Below, piece by piece: positions 1-11,974 of a stretch of DNA of 64,000 nucleotides. A program made the position numbers and the translations under genes. Under the pieces are notes generated by a model. That model saw only the letters and a list, made by a program, of their open reading frames with translations. It did not search any database and was not told where the DNA came from. The stretch's first letter is position 1; every line of letters starts with the position of its first letter. The stretch is from Mustelus asterias (lineage: Eukaryota): positions 186,001 to 250,000 of the forward strand of contig NW_027590190.1 of assembly GCF_964213995.1 (NCBI RefSeq), read 5' to 3'.

Positions 1-597
<597 letters not shown>

Positions 598-1155
598 TGT
601 TAATTATATCAATAGAGGTTAAGTTTATTCAGATGGAGGGCACTGATTAGATAGTTATGAGCAGGTAAAAAGTGGGACTCACTAATATAACTTGGAGTCA
701 GAGTTGAACCTGTAATGTTTGATTCTGTGAACAAATCTAGACCAAGTAAAGATTGACTCCACCCCAAGGCTGTCAGGATTATAACATGGTAACAGAAAAT
801 GCTTGTCTAATGGTGAAGGTTGGAAACTAAAAGAAAGTATATTTCAGACAGAAGTTTACAATCCCAGCAGCTTTTGTGAGAAATGAGTGAAAGGCAGTGG
901 GAATTGTCAGGGTCTGATTACCTGCTGATGCTCTCGGAGTCTGAACCATACAACCAGTGGAAGAATGAAGTGGCGATGTGGACACGGGTTACATCCCGAT
1001 CAAGGAGGAAACAAGATCTGGCCTTGGCATTGTCACTTCCTAACACAAGGAAAATCAGCAACAAAGCATTTTCTGATCAGCCAAACTGCAAGTTGATAAC
1101 TGCACTGGCACGGATGATTCATGTAAAGAATTCACTTCAGGTGGTTGGAGGGTAG
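598..1155 (+). mobile_element. LTR retrotransposon 5' remnant (LTR 598-786, iMet PBS 787-804, gag start 883-~1080)
   Basis: TGTTA...TAACA-bounded 189-bp segment followed by TGGTAACAGAAAATGCTT (14/18 match to the tRNA-iMet 3' complement TGGTAGCAGAGGATGGTT), then the gag-like peptide YNQWKNEVAMWTRVT...LALALSLP. Confidence 0.75.
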
Positions 1156-2024
1156 AATCCCTGTCAATTGGTCTATGGGAGAAATCCCTGATTCCCCTCT
1201 GTGCCGGGCGATCGCCCTCCTGCTTTAAAGGGATACAATTAGTTCCATTTTCAGTCATCAATTATCTGATTGTTCCATGAAAAGAATTGCTCGAAGCAAC
1301 AAATTATTGGAGATACCAGAAGAGGGTTTCTTCATGTGTAACGTTTGTGTTGAAGAAGAAAAACCATCTTTTTCTTCGATTTGTTTTGAAACACTGTTTG
1401 TGTGAATTTTTGCGATCCCGGTCAGGACTGTTAACGTTTGCAGAGAAATTCGAACACCCAGTGATTAACTGAAAGAATTACATCACAAGATTCCACATTT
1501 TTAAACAAAAACAAACTTTACTGTATGTTTAAATAAAATTTAAAAAGACAACACTACAAATTGAATACTACACTCAATGAAGATTTATGATATAAACCTA
1601 GTTCTATTTTTTTACCTCACCCCAAGAGTTTCTTTATACTTAATGATATCTTGAGGTTTCATTCACTTCTGTTCCTAGGACCATCCCAAAGGTATGCTAA
1701 AGCTCTCCACAATTCACTTTAATTCTCCCCAGTACTCCAGATATTCTCCAAGCTCCAAGAGTTTATGGGAGTCCATCCATTATCTTTTCACTAAACAAGC
1801 CTCCAATTTTCCTTTAAGCTCTCAAACTGTGGACTCCTCAGTCCAAACATGGGCTTCACTGCATTCTTGCTGAGGGATTTAAATGTTGGAAACACCCCTG
1901 GTTTCTAATGGTCCTCTAGGCTTCTAGTCCCACAGATGGTTCACAGCTCCTGATCCCACAATTGGTGGCTTCCAAGCTAACTGCAGACTGTCCGCTGGAA
2001 CCAGGTCATTGATTGGAAAGGACT

Positions 2025-2142
2025 CAAAAGGTTACGGGGAAAAGGCAGGAGAATGGGATTGAGATTTATCAGCCATGATTGAATGGCACAGCAGATTCGA
2101 TGGGCCGAATAGCCTAATCCTGCTCCTATATCATATGGTCTA
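2025..2142 (+). mobile_element. CR1 LINE 3' tail
   Basis: GATGGGCCGAATAGCCTAATCCTGCTCCTATATCATATGGTCT-type tail, matching other CR1 ends in the window. Confidence 0.7.
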
Positions 2143-3179
2143 ATTCTAACCAAGGCTCCACCCTGAATCACATATCCCCATGGTAACAGAGACGATTGAA
2201 TATCTAACAGATGTTCAGCTTCAAAATTGGACCTTTTTTCCTGAGGTCTGCATGAAGAATTCACCTGACAAAAACAGTACAATAATTGTCAGACCCAATG
2301 TCTCCAGCTAAAAGATCCAGCTGACCTTTTACAGTTCTTACCTCTCGAGTTTTGACTTCTGAAACCAACACGGGCCATGCTTTGTGACTGCGAATTCCCT
2401 GAGGGTGTTTTCATCAGATTCTCAATCCAGGTTTTCCATTTTTTAAAAGCAATTCTTGCAACTAATTCATATTTCTAAAACATAGGAATTATAAAATTAG
2501 ATTTTTGTAACAAAAACAGGAAGAAATGGAAATGTATCACCTTCATAATATCCCATTTAGAATATTACAATATACAACATGCTGTATATCTTAACAACAG
2601 CCATGATCTTATTGAATGGCGGAGCAGGCTCGAAGGGCCAAATGGCCTCCTCCTGTTCCTAAATCCATTGTTTTCCTCTGTTGATCTATCTTATAACCTG
2701 CAACAGACACAATAATCCCTCCATTGTCCACTTCACAGTCACAAGTCCAGCTTGGTAACAGCACACTGCTGGGTTCCATGTCCAGGAATTCAGTCCACTG
2801 AAGATGGAAATTACTGCTTGCAGTGTTTTCTGAAACTTTTCTTTTTACAATAATTATAGTCCAAAGTTCCTCCTGCAAAAGGAGAGTCTTCACTGCTGTT
2901 CATTTGTGAATTTTCAAGTTCTATTTTGAAAACAGTCTGTACAGAGTTCACATTTTGAAATTTATTTTCTTCCATGTTTGCAGTTCCTCCATTGTTTAAA
3001 TCCAGAGAGAATATTCCACTCAATTCCACATTGAAACTGTCTTCTTCTTGCTCAGTTATAGCTGATTCCTTTATTGTCCAGGACAATATATTCACAATAT
3101 CTTTAAAACAGAAATTAAACATTCCCATTTGATTCCAGACAGTAACATATTCTGTTAGTTTGTTCTTTATTGTCAATGT

Positions 3180-3480
3180 CAGGCTGGGGTTGTTCCCCTT
3201 GGAGCAAAGGAGGTTGAGGGGAGATTTGATAGAGGTGGACAAGATTCTGACAGGTTTAGATAAGGTGGACAAAGAAAAGCTGTTCCCATTAGCTGAAGGG
3301 ACAAGGACGAGGGGGGACACAGATTTCTTGTTTTGGGTCAGAGATGCAAGGGGGGTGGGGGGGAGGTGTGAGGAAGAATATTCTGATGCAGCGAATGGTA
3401 ATGACCTGGAACTCGCTGCCTACGAGGGTGGAGGAAGTGGAGACAATAAACAATTACAAAGGAAATTGGATGAGCATTTG
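3180..3480 (+). mobile_element. CR1 LINE ORF2 C-terminal fragment
   Basis: Peptides LGLFPLEQRRLRGDLIEV and WNSLP. Confidence 0.9.
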
Positions 3481-3779
3481 GGATGTTCCAAACAGAACGA
3501 AGAACAAAGAAAATTTTGTTTTCTCAAAGAAAACAAAAAAAAACAAAAAAAAAGAACAAAGAAAATCCATCAAGACATCATTTGACTGAAGTGTGGCAGA
3601 AAGGGACCTACACAGGGTTGGAGTCGGTGGGATTTGGCGGGGGGAACTCTCCACCGGTTGGGGATATACCAGGTACAGACGAGGATGGCTGTGGTTGTTG
3701 GAAGTCAGTCATCACTGCAAGGGTCACTGCAGGGTTCATCTAAAACTCTGCTGGCCATGTTTAAACTCACATTAAGTGT

Positions 3780-4215
3780 TATTCCACTATCACCCTTGTG
3801 CACGATGATCCACCCAGTAAAGCAACAACTTAATATTAAAATTCTCATCCTTGGTTGCAAATCACTCCATGATCTTGCCTGTCCCAATATCTATAATCTC
3901 CGATAAGCCCCACAACCCTCAATATATTACACTGCTCTAATTCTGGTCTTTAGTTTGTCCCTGACCTTGCTTCACCATTGCAAGCTCTACCTTCAGTTGC
4001 TTAGGCTCCAACCTCTGGAATACCATCCCTACACGTCTCCAACTCTCCACCTCGCTTTACTCCTTTAACACACCCCTTAAAATCTACCATTTTGACCAAA
4101 CCTTTGGTCATCTAACCTAGTATCTTCTTTGTGGCTCAATATCATACTTTATTTTACAATGCTCCTTGGATGTTTTATTACTTTAAGGCACTATATAAAT
4201 ATATTTTGTTGTTCC
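3780..4215 (+). mobile_element. L2 LINE 3' fragment
   Basis: PVKQQLNIKILIL..KSLHDLACP resembles the L2 motif LHWLPV..RI.FKIL; homologous to 33950-34640. Confidence 0.7.
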
Positions 4216-5135
4216 TCATGTCTCCTGGGCCTAATCATTTTCAGCTGCTTCATTAATTACCGTCTCCCCACCGTAGGGTGGGAAACAGGGATGTTCACTG
4301 ATGATTGCAGTGTATATGACCATTCACAACTCTGAATACTGAAGCTGCCCGCATGCAGCGCAGGACCAGGACAACATTCAGGTTGTCAATTCATATTGAC
4401 ACCACATAATTATCAGGAAATATCTATTTCCAGCAAGAAAATCTAACCATCTTCCCTTGATATTCAATGACATTACCATCAGTGAATGTCCCACCAGCAA
4501 TAACTTTGGGGTTACCATTGACCAGTCATTTAAATACTGTGGTTACAAGAGCAGATCAGAGGTTGGGAGTTTTGTGGCAGGTTACTCACTTAATGACTCC
4601 CCAAAGGCTTGCCATGATTCACAAGGTATAAATCAGGAGTAAGGTGGAATATTCCCTACCTGGATGAGTGTATCTGCAACAATTTTGTAGATCCTATCCA
4701 GGACAAAGTAGCTCGCCTGATCAGCATCTCAAATACCACCTTAAACATCCACTCTCCACCATTAGCCCACAATGGTGGCAGTGTATCCCACAGATTAGAT
4801 GCACTGCAAGAAATCACCAAGGCTGTTTTCACAGCATGTTCCAAACCCTAACTTCTACCACTTGAAAAACAAGTGCAGCCAGCGTTTGGGAATGTCACCA
4901 TCTGCAAATTGTACTCCACATCACATACCATTCTGACTTGAAAATCAATCACCATTCCTTCTCTGTCACTGCATCAAATTCCTGGAACTCCCTAACAGCG
5001 TTGTGGGTATACCTACACCAGATGGATTGCAGCGATTCAAGAAAGTGGCTCACTTTCTTCACAAGGGCAATTAGTGATGCGCAATGAATGTTGGCCTTGC
5101 CAGTCACATTCACATCCCCTGAAAGAATAAAACAA
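4216..5135 (+). mobile_element. Old CR1-like LINE 3' part (second family)
   Basis: MFTDDC RT motif, WNSL-type end and an AAGGGCAATTAG..AATG..TGGCC tail shared with 23300-23625 and 41550-41700. Confidence 0.7.
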
Positions 5136-5199
5136 AATCCTCATCCCTGGTATCATTCTCAGTCATGAGTACTGCAATTATCAATGAACAGCTCCGCTT

Positions 5200-5735
5200 T
5201 CGACTTTATGATGGGGGGGGAAGGTCATTGGTGGAGCAACTGAGGATGGATGGGCCTCGGACACTACCCTGGGGCTGAGATGATTGGCCTCCAACAACCG
5301 CGATCATCCTCCTCTGTGCGGGATGTGGCTCTCGCCGGTGGAGAGTTTCCCCGATTCCCATTGACTTCAATGTTAATAGGGTTGCTTGATGGCACGCACA
5401 GTCAAATGCTGCCTTGATGTCAATGGCAATCACTCCAACATCACCCAGTTCAACTCTTTTGTCCATGTTTGGACAAAGGCTGTAAATGAGGCAGGAGGTG
5501 AGTGGTCCTCGGTGGAACCCAAAATGAGCATCAGTGAGCAGGTTATTGCTGTATAAATGCTGCTTGATCGCACCGTTGGCAACAACATCTTCCATCATTT
5601 TGCTGATGAGCGAGACTCGAGACATTGGAGGGCAGTTGGCCAGTTTGGATTTTTCCTTATCCATCGCCTTCAGCTGTTTATTGATATCCCTTGAAGTGAA
5701 TCGAATTGGCTGAAGATGGGCATCTGTGATACGAG
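5200..5735 (-). mobile_element. CR1-like LINE RT fragment
   Basis: ORF motifs HFGFHRG, DIKAAFD and PQGSVRGP. Confidence 0.85.
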
Positions 5736-6899
5736 GGACCTCAGGATGGATAATCCATATGGAGAGATTAGAGAAGCTGGAATTGCACTCTATAGAGCAG
5801 GAAAGGTTAAGGAAAGATTTAATAGAGATATTCAAACTTTTGAGAGGTTTTGATAAAATGCATGTCTGTTTCCATTGGTTTAGAACCAAAAGACATCGGG
5901 TGGAATTTCATGAAAAAAATTCGAAGTGCTGAATGAGTGAGAAAAGTTTCAAACTCGTTTCTTGGCAAATTTAAAAAAGCAATCTTGTGGCACTTAGTCA
6001 AAAACAGTCACAATATAATCCTCACTGCAGGAGGAAGGGGAGGAACCTAAACTTGCTGGGGAAGCCAGCTGCTGATCTGGAGGGGTGTCATTGTGCATGC
6101 GCTCCATCCTCCCAGTTTCCATCTTCAGTGGACATGCCCCCCTCCCCACAGAAATCGCCCCGCCAATCTCCTCATCTGTAGCGTTTCCCCCAAATCACCA
6201 ACCCCTCCTCCCAATCAGCATCCCTGCAGAGTTCCCCCTCTCGCCCCCTCCCCGATCACCACCCCTGCAGAGTTTCTCCGACAACCAGCTCCCTCCCCCA
6301 TCAGGACTCCTGCAGAGCTCCCCCCCCACTAACCCCCTCCTCAATCACCACCCCTGCAGAATTTCCCAATCACCACTCCCTCCCCCGAGTCAGCTTCACC
6401 GTCCCACGGAGTGACCCAGGGGTCCATTGGCGCCTCGAGGGAGGAGGGGGACCTGGGGACGGTGCTGGGGCCTTCCACCTGGGGGATTCCGGCCGATGGG
6501 ATGCAGGGCTTTCCGACTCCCCCATTCCTGACACCGGTGCATCTCAAGAGCAGCAGGGTGAACAGCAAGGCAAGGATACATCCATATCACCAGGAAGACG
6601 GCTGGACCCCTCTAGGTCCCAGCTCTCCAGCAGACGCCTGCCAGCGGCATCACAGGCAAATGGGTGCGGAGTGCAGCTGGCTGCCTCCAGTTCTGATGTG
6701 CATCCTGGGGGGGACGTGTTGATGTGGCGCTGGACCACGGGAGATGGAGATGTTGTGGGATCGCCAGGAGGGCACGGGTGAAAGTCTATATGAGAAAGGT
6801 TCAGGGAATTGGGCTCGGTTGATGATTACATCCACCTGTTTTATAGCACTGTTAACTATCGGCCCTTCGTGTTATTGCATTGTTAGTTTCACCAATAAA

Positions 6900-7075
6900 T
6901 GTCCAAAGATGTGCAGGTTAGGTTGATTGGCCATACTAAATTGATCCTAGTGTCAGGGGGATTAGCAGGGTAAATGTGAGTTTACGGGAGTAGGGCCTGG
7001 GTGGGATTGTGGTCGGAACAGGCTCGATGGGCTGAATGGCCTCCTTCTGTACTGGAGGGATTCTATTCTATTCTC
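6900..7075 (+). mobile_element. V-SINE (HE1-like) 3' half with CR1 tail
   Basis: GTCCAAAGATGTGCAGGTTAGG..GGCCATACTAAATTG..GGCCTCCTTCTGTACTG..(ATTCT)n. Confidence 0.85.
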
Positions 7076-8120
7076 TATAAAATTACAGCACAGAAACAAG
7101 CCCTTTGGCCCTCCAAGCCTGTAGCAACCATGCTGCCCGTCTGAACTAAAACCCCCTACCTTTCCGGGGACCATATCCCTCTATTCCTATGCTATTCATA
7201 TATTTGTCAAGACACATCTTAAAGTCACTATCGTATCTGCTTCCACTACCTTCCCCGGCAACGAGTTCCAGGCACCCACCACCCTCTGTGTAAAAAACCT
7301 GCCTTGTACATCTCCTTTAAACCTTGCCACTCACACCTTAAACCTATGCCCCTGGGAATTGACTCTTCCACCCTGGGAAAAAGCTTCTGATTATCCACTC
7401 TGTCCATGCCCCTCATAATCTTGTAGACTTCTATCAGGTTACCCTCCTCAACCTCCGTTGTTCCAGTGAGAACAAACCAAGTTTCTCCAACTTCTCCTCA
7501 TAGCTAATGCCCTCCACACCAGGCAACATCCTGATAAATATTTTCCATACCCTCTCCAAAGTCTCCACATCCTTCTGGTAGTGTGGTGACCAGAATTGAA
7601 CACTAGATTCCAAGTGCGGTCTATAAAGCTGCAACATGACTTATCAATTTTTAAACTCAATGCCCTGGCCGATGAAGGCAAGCATGCCGTATGCCTTCTT
7701 GATTATCTTCTCCACCTGCATTGCCACTTTCAGTGACCTGTGTACCTGTACACCGAGATCCCTCTGCCTATCAATACTCTTAAGGGTTCTGCCATTTACT
7801 GTATGTTTCCCATCTGTATTAGACCTTCCAAAATGCATTACCTCACATTTGTCCGGATTAAACTTCATCTGCCATCTCTCCGCCCAAGTCTCCAACTGAT
7901 CTATATCCTGCTGTATCCTCTGCCAGTCCCCATCGCTATCCACAATTCCACCAACCTTTGTGTCGTCCACAAACTTACCAATCAAACCAGTTACATTTTC
8001 CTCCAAATCATTTATATATATTACAAACAGCAAAAGTCCCAGCACTGATCCCTGAGGAATGTCACTTGTCACAGCCCTCCATTCAGAAATGTACCTTTGC
8101 ACTGCCAACCTCTGTTTTCT
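7070..8120 (-). mobile_element. CR1 LINE, 5'-truncated, frameshifted
   Basis: PQGSVLG, KFVDDTK, FNPDKCEVMHFG, QFWSPHY, LEQRRLR. Confidence 0.95.
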
Positions 8121-8359
8121 TCTGACTAAATAGCTCGAAACTTCCGAACACCCTGTCACTCTGTGATCCTTGTGACATTTGAAACCAGGTATTCACAAAA
8201 AGACTCAAAGAGCATCAGCCCACTGGAGGCTGAGACCAGCCAGTCCAGCACAAAGAAACCCTCTGACCCTTCCCATTGACCAACTGTGAGAATGAACAAA
8301 ATGCAGTCCTGGAGGCAACTGAGAGCAGAGACAATAACAGCAGAATCCAACCACTGTCA

Positions 8360-9286
8360 TCACTCGTGAACTTGCTGGTGTCTCAGCAGCTCCGATGAAA
8401 CTCTGAAACGCTTTCCACACTGAGAGCAGGTGAATGGCCTCTCCCCTGTGTGAACTCGCTGGTGTGTCTGCAGGTCAGATGAGTTCGTAAATCCCTTCCC
8501 ACACTGAGAGCAGATGAATGGTCTCTCCCCAGTATGAACTCGCTGGTGTATCTGCAGGTGGGATGACCGAATGAATCCCTTCCCACACTGAGAGCAGGTG
8601 AACGGCCTCTCCCCTGTGTGACGGCGCTGGTGTCTCTGCAGGTCGGCTGACTGAGTGAATTCTTGCCCACACTGAGAGCAGATGAACGGTCTTTCCCCAG
8701 TGTGAACTCGTTCGTGCGTCCGCAGGTTGGATGAGTTCATGAATCCCTTCCCACACTGAGAACAGGTGAATGGCCTCTCCCCAGTGTGAACTCGTTGGTG
8801 TCTCTGCAGGCTGAATGACCGAGTGAATCCCTCTCCACACTGAGAGCAGGTGAACGGCCTCTCCCCAGTGTGAACTCGCTGGTGTCTCTGCAGGTGGGAT
8901 GATCGAGTGAATCCCTTCCCACACTGAGAGCAGGTGAATGGTCTCTCTCCAGTGTGAACTCGCTGGTGTGTCAGCAGGCTGGATGACTGAATGAATCCCT
9001 GCCCACATTGAGAGCAGGTGAATGGCCTCTCCCCAGTGTGAACTCGCTGGTGTGACTGCAGGTTGGATAACCGAGTGAATCCCTCCCCACACTGCGAGCA
9101 GGTGAATGGCCTCTCCCCTGTGTGACGTAGCTGGTGTGATTGCAGGTTGGATACCCGAGTGAATCCCTTCCCACACTGAGAGCAGATGAACGGCCTCTCC
9201 CCAGTGTGGCTGCGCCGATGATCTTCCAGCAGGGATGGGTATCTGTATCCCTTCCCACAGTCCACACATTTCCATGGTTTCTCCAT
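8360..9286 (-). CDS. C2H2 zinc-finger protein, 11 fingers, no effector domain
   Basis: Uninterrupted ORF from Kozak ACCATGG (MEKPWKC) to TGA, 308 aa = 11 x 28; probable splice acceptor TTTTACAG at ~9638-9645. Confidence 0.9.
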   Translation of the reverse strand: MEKPWKCVDCGKGYRYPSLLEDHRRSHTGERPFICSQCGKGFTRVSNLQSHQLRHTGERPFTCSQCGEGFTRLSNLQSHQRVHTGERPFTCSQCGQGFIQSSSLLTHQRVHTGERPFTCSQCGKGFTRSSHLQRHQRVHTGERPFTCSQCGEGFTRSFSLQRHQRVHTGERPFTCSQCGKGFMNSSNLRTHERVHTGERPFICSQCGQEFTQSADLQRHQRRHTGERPFTCSQCGKGFIRSSHLQIHQRVHTGERPFICSQCGKGFTNSSDLQTHQRVHTGERPFTCSQCGKRFRVSSELLRHQQVHE

Positions 9287-9774
9287 GGTGCAGGTGTCCT
9301 TACCTCTCTCTTGAGTGAACAATTCGTTGAAACTTCGTCCACACACAGAACAAGATTACAGTCTCTCCCCGTTGTGAATGGTGTGATATTTATTCAGACT
9401 GTGTAACTGGTTAAAGCTCTTTAGTCAGTGCATTGGAACACTCTCACTCAAGTGTGTCAGTGTGTTGATGCTTTTTCACTCACACTGACATTTCAAATCT
9501 TTTCAAATCGACAGACTGGACAATCATTTCTCCTTCTGGATTCAAAGTTCGATGGTATTGAGGTCCCAAGGAATATGACTCTGTCAGATCTAGACGTGAA
9601 GTTTGAGATTTCAGCCTGTGATTCCTCTTTCAATATCCTGTAAAATGAGTTTACAAAAGTCATCAGTGTCAGTACAGGATAGAAATTCAGAACAGACTAT
9701 TTCTCTGGAACATTCTTTCCTCTCTCATTCCCCAAAAGCTGTAAATCTCCATCCCACACACTCTCTCCCCATTC

Positions 9775-9960
9775 TCATCAGGTCTGGCAGCATCTGTATG
9801 GAGGGAAAATAACTGATGTTTCAGAGCTTTGACAAAGGGTCATCTAGACAAGAAACATCAGCTCTTTTCTCTCCTTACAGATGCTGCCAGACCTGCTGAG
9901 ATTTTCCAGCATTTTCTCTCTTGGTTTCAGATTCCAGCATCCGCAGTAATTTGCTTTTAT
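9775..9960 (+). mobile_element. Penelope-like element end (family P2), fold-back, with hammerhead-like motif
   Basis: Inverted CAGGTCTGGCAGCATCTGT / ACAGATGCTGCCAGACCTG arms; GAGCT-TTGACAA-AGGGTC..GAAACATC-AGCTC at 9824-9864. Confidence 0.7.
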
Positions 9961-9961
9961 A

Positions 9962-10835
9962 AGGCTGCAGATACCTCCTCCCAAGTAACATGGCGCGTGT
10001 GCCCAAGACATCACCACTTGTTTCCCTTATTTCTTTAGCACCCATGGTGCTCTCCGCAGTAAACACAGAGGAGAAGTATTCATTAAAAATCTCACCCATC
10101 TCCTGTGGCTCCACACACAGATGGCCATACTGATTTTTAAGGGGATCTCTTCTCTCTCTAGCCACCTTTTTACTCTTAATATAGCCATAGAACCTCTTGG
10201 AATTTTCTTTAATCTTACCTGCCAGATCCATATCATACCCTCTTTTTGTCCTCCTGATTTCCCTCTTCAGTATTTTCTTACACTTTTTATAGTCAGAGTG
10301 ATTCACTTGTCCCCGATTGCCGAAACCCAATGTCTGCTTCCTTCTTTTACCTGATGTGGAGATGCCGGCGTTGGACTGGGGTAAACACAGTAAGAAGTTT
10401 AACAACACCAGGTTAAAGTCCAACAGGTTTATTTGCTGGCAAAAGGTGTGGCTTTTGCTACCAAATAAACCTGTTGGACTTTAACCTAGTGTTGTTAAAC
10501 TTCTTACTTCTTTTACCTGACCAGAGCCTCAATGTCCCTTGTCTGCCAGAGATCCCTAAATTTACCATTCTTTCCCTTCATCTTAACAGGAATATACTGC
10601 CCCTGGACTCTTGATATCACACTTTCAAAGCCTCCCAATTGCCAGTCATTCCTTTCCCTTCAAACAAACTCACCTCATCGACATCTGCTCGATCCTGCCT
10701 AATGCCCACAAAAGTGGCCCCGCTCCAGTTTAGGGCCTTGACCTGTGGACCTGTCCTATCTGTTTCCAGAACTATTTTGAAACTATTGGTGCTCCCAATA
10801 GTGCTCCCTGACTGACACTTCAGTCACTTGCTCCA
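9962..10835 (-). mobile_element. CR1 ORF2 linker/endonuclease fragment
   Basis: REIRRTKRGY..IKENSKRFYGYI..EYFSSVFT; interrupted by a Penelope-like insert. Confidence 0.85.
10355..10506 (-). mobile_element. Short fold-back Penelope-like insert (family P1) with TSD
   Basis: Arms GTAAGAAGTTTAACAACACCAGG.. / ..CCTAGTGTTGTTAAACTTCTTAC; flanking direct repeat CTTCTTTTACCTGA at 10341-10354 and 10507-10520. Confidence 0.8.
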
Positions 10836-10869
10836 CCTCATTTCTTAACTGTCTAATAGAAAGTGAGTC

Positions 10870-11125
10870 CAGGAATTGATGATGAAAAATAAGAAGCTGG
10901 GAGATGAATTGAACAAGTATTTTGCCTCGGTGTTCACAATAGAGGATACAGTTAAAACTCAGAAACAGCTGGAAATCAGAAAACAGAAGTGTGGGATGAA
11001 CTCTGAAAAAGCACAATTCCCAGGGAAGTGGTCCTCAGCAAACTGTTGGAGCTGTGGGCTGATGAGTCCTCGGGTCCTGCTGGGCTTCATTCTCGGGTCC
11101 TGCTGGGCTTCATTCTCGGGTCTTA
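10870..11125 (+). mobile_element. CR1 fragment with 23-bp internal tandem duplication
   Basis: ELNKYFASVFT; TCGGGTCCTGCTGGGCTTCATTC present twice. Confidence 0.7.
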
Positions 11126-11935
11126 ACATAGAACATAGAACATAGAACATTACAGCGCAGAACAGGCCCTTCGGCCCACGATGTTGCACCGACCAGTTAA
11201 AAAAAAAAACTGTGACCCTCCAACCTAAACCAATTTCTTTTCGTCCATGAACCTATCTACGGATCTCTTAAACGCCCCCAAACTAGGCGCATTTACTACT
11301 GATGCTGGCAGGGCATTCCAATCCCTCACCACCCTCTGGGTAAAGAACCTACCCCTGACATCGGTTCTATAACTACCCCCCCTCAATTTAAAGCCATGCC
11401 CCCTCGTGCTGGATTTCTCCATCAGAGGAAAAAGGCTATCACTATCCACCCTATCTAAACCTCTAATCATCTTATATGTTTCAATAAGATCCCCTCTTAG
11501 CCGCCGCCTTTCCAGCGAAAACAATCCCAAATCCCTCAGCCTCTCCTCATAGGATCTCCCCTCCATACCAGGCAACATCCTGGTAAACCTCCTCTGCACC
11601 CTCTCCAAAGCCTCCACATCCTTCCTGTAATGTGGGGACCAGAACTGCACACAGTACTCCAAGTGCGGCCGCACCAGAGTTGTGTACAGTTGCAACATAA
11701 CGCTACGACTCCTAAATTCAATCCCCCTACCAATAAACGCCAAGACACCATATGCCTTCTTAACAACCTTATCTACTTGATTCCCAACTTTCAGGGATCT
11801 ATGCACACATACACCTAGATCCCTCTGCTCCTCCACACTATTCAAAGTCCTCCCGTTAGCCCTATACTCAACACATCTGTTATTCCTACCAAAGTGAATT
11901 ACCTCACACTTCTCCGCATTAAACTCCATCCGCCA
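11126..11935 (-). mobile_element. Young 5'-truncated CR1 LINE
   Basis: Uninterrupted ORF2 C-terminus (FNAEKCEVIHFG..LVRPHLEYCVQFWSP..WNALP) with a (TTCTATG)n tail. Confidence 0.95.
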
Positions 11936-11974
11936 CAGAGGGAGATCGTTGATGTTCAATTTTCTAAACTGTCC

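Noticed and set aside
6085-6414. Proline-rich protein
   Set aside because: Translation of C-rich low-complexity DNA with no ATG start.
8383-9342. Alternative-frame and antisense ORFs over the ZNF arrays (also at 21-22, 38, 49-50 and 59 kb)
   Set aside because: Shadow frames of the 84-bp finger repeat.
8360-9346. PRDM9
   Set aside because: No KRAB, SSXRD or PR/SET exons seen; the gene shares leader and 3' block with the local ZNF family.
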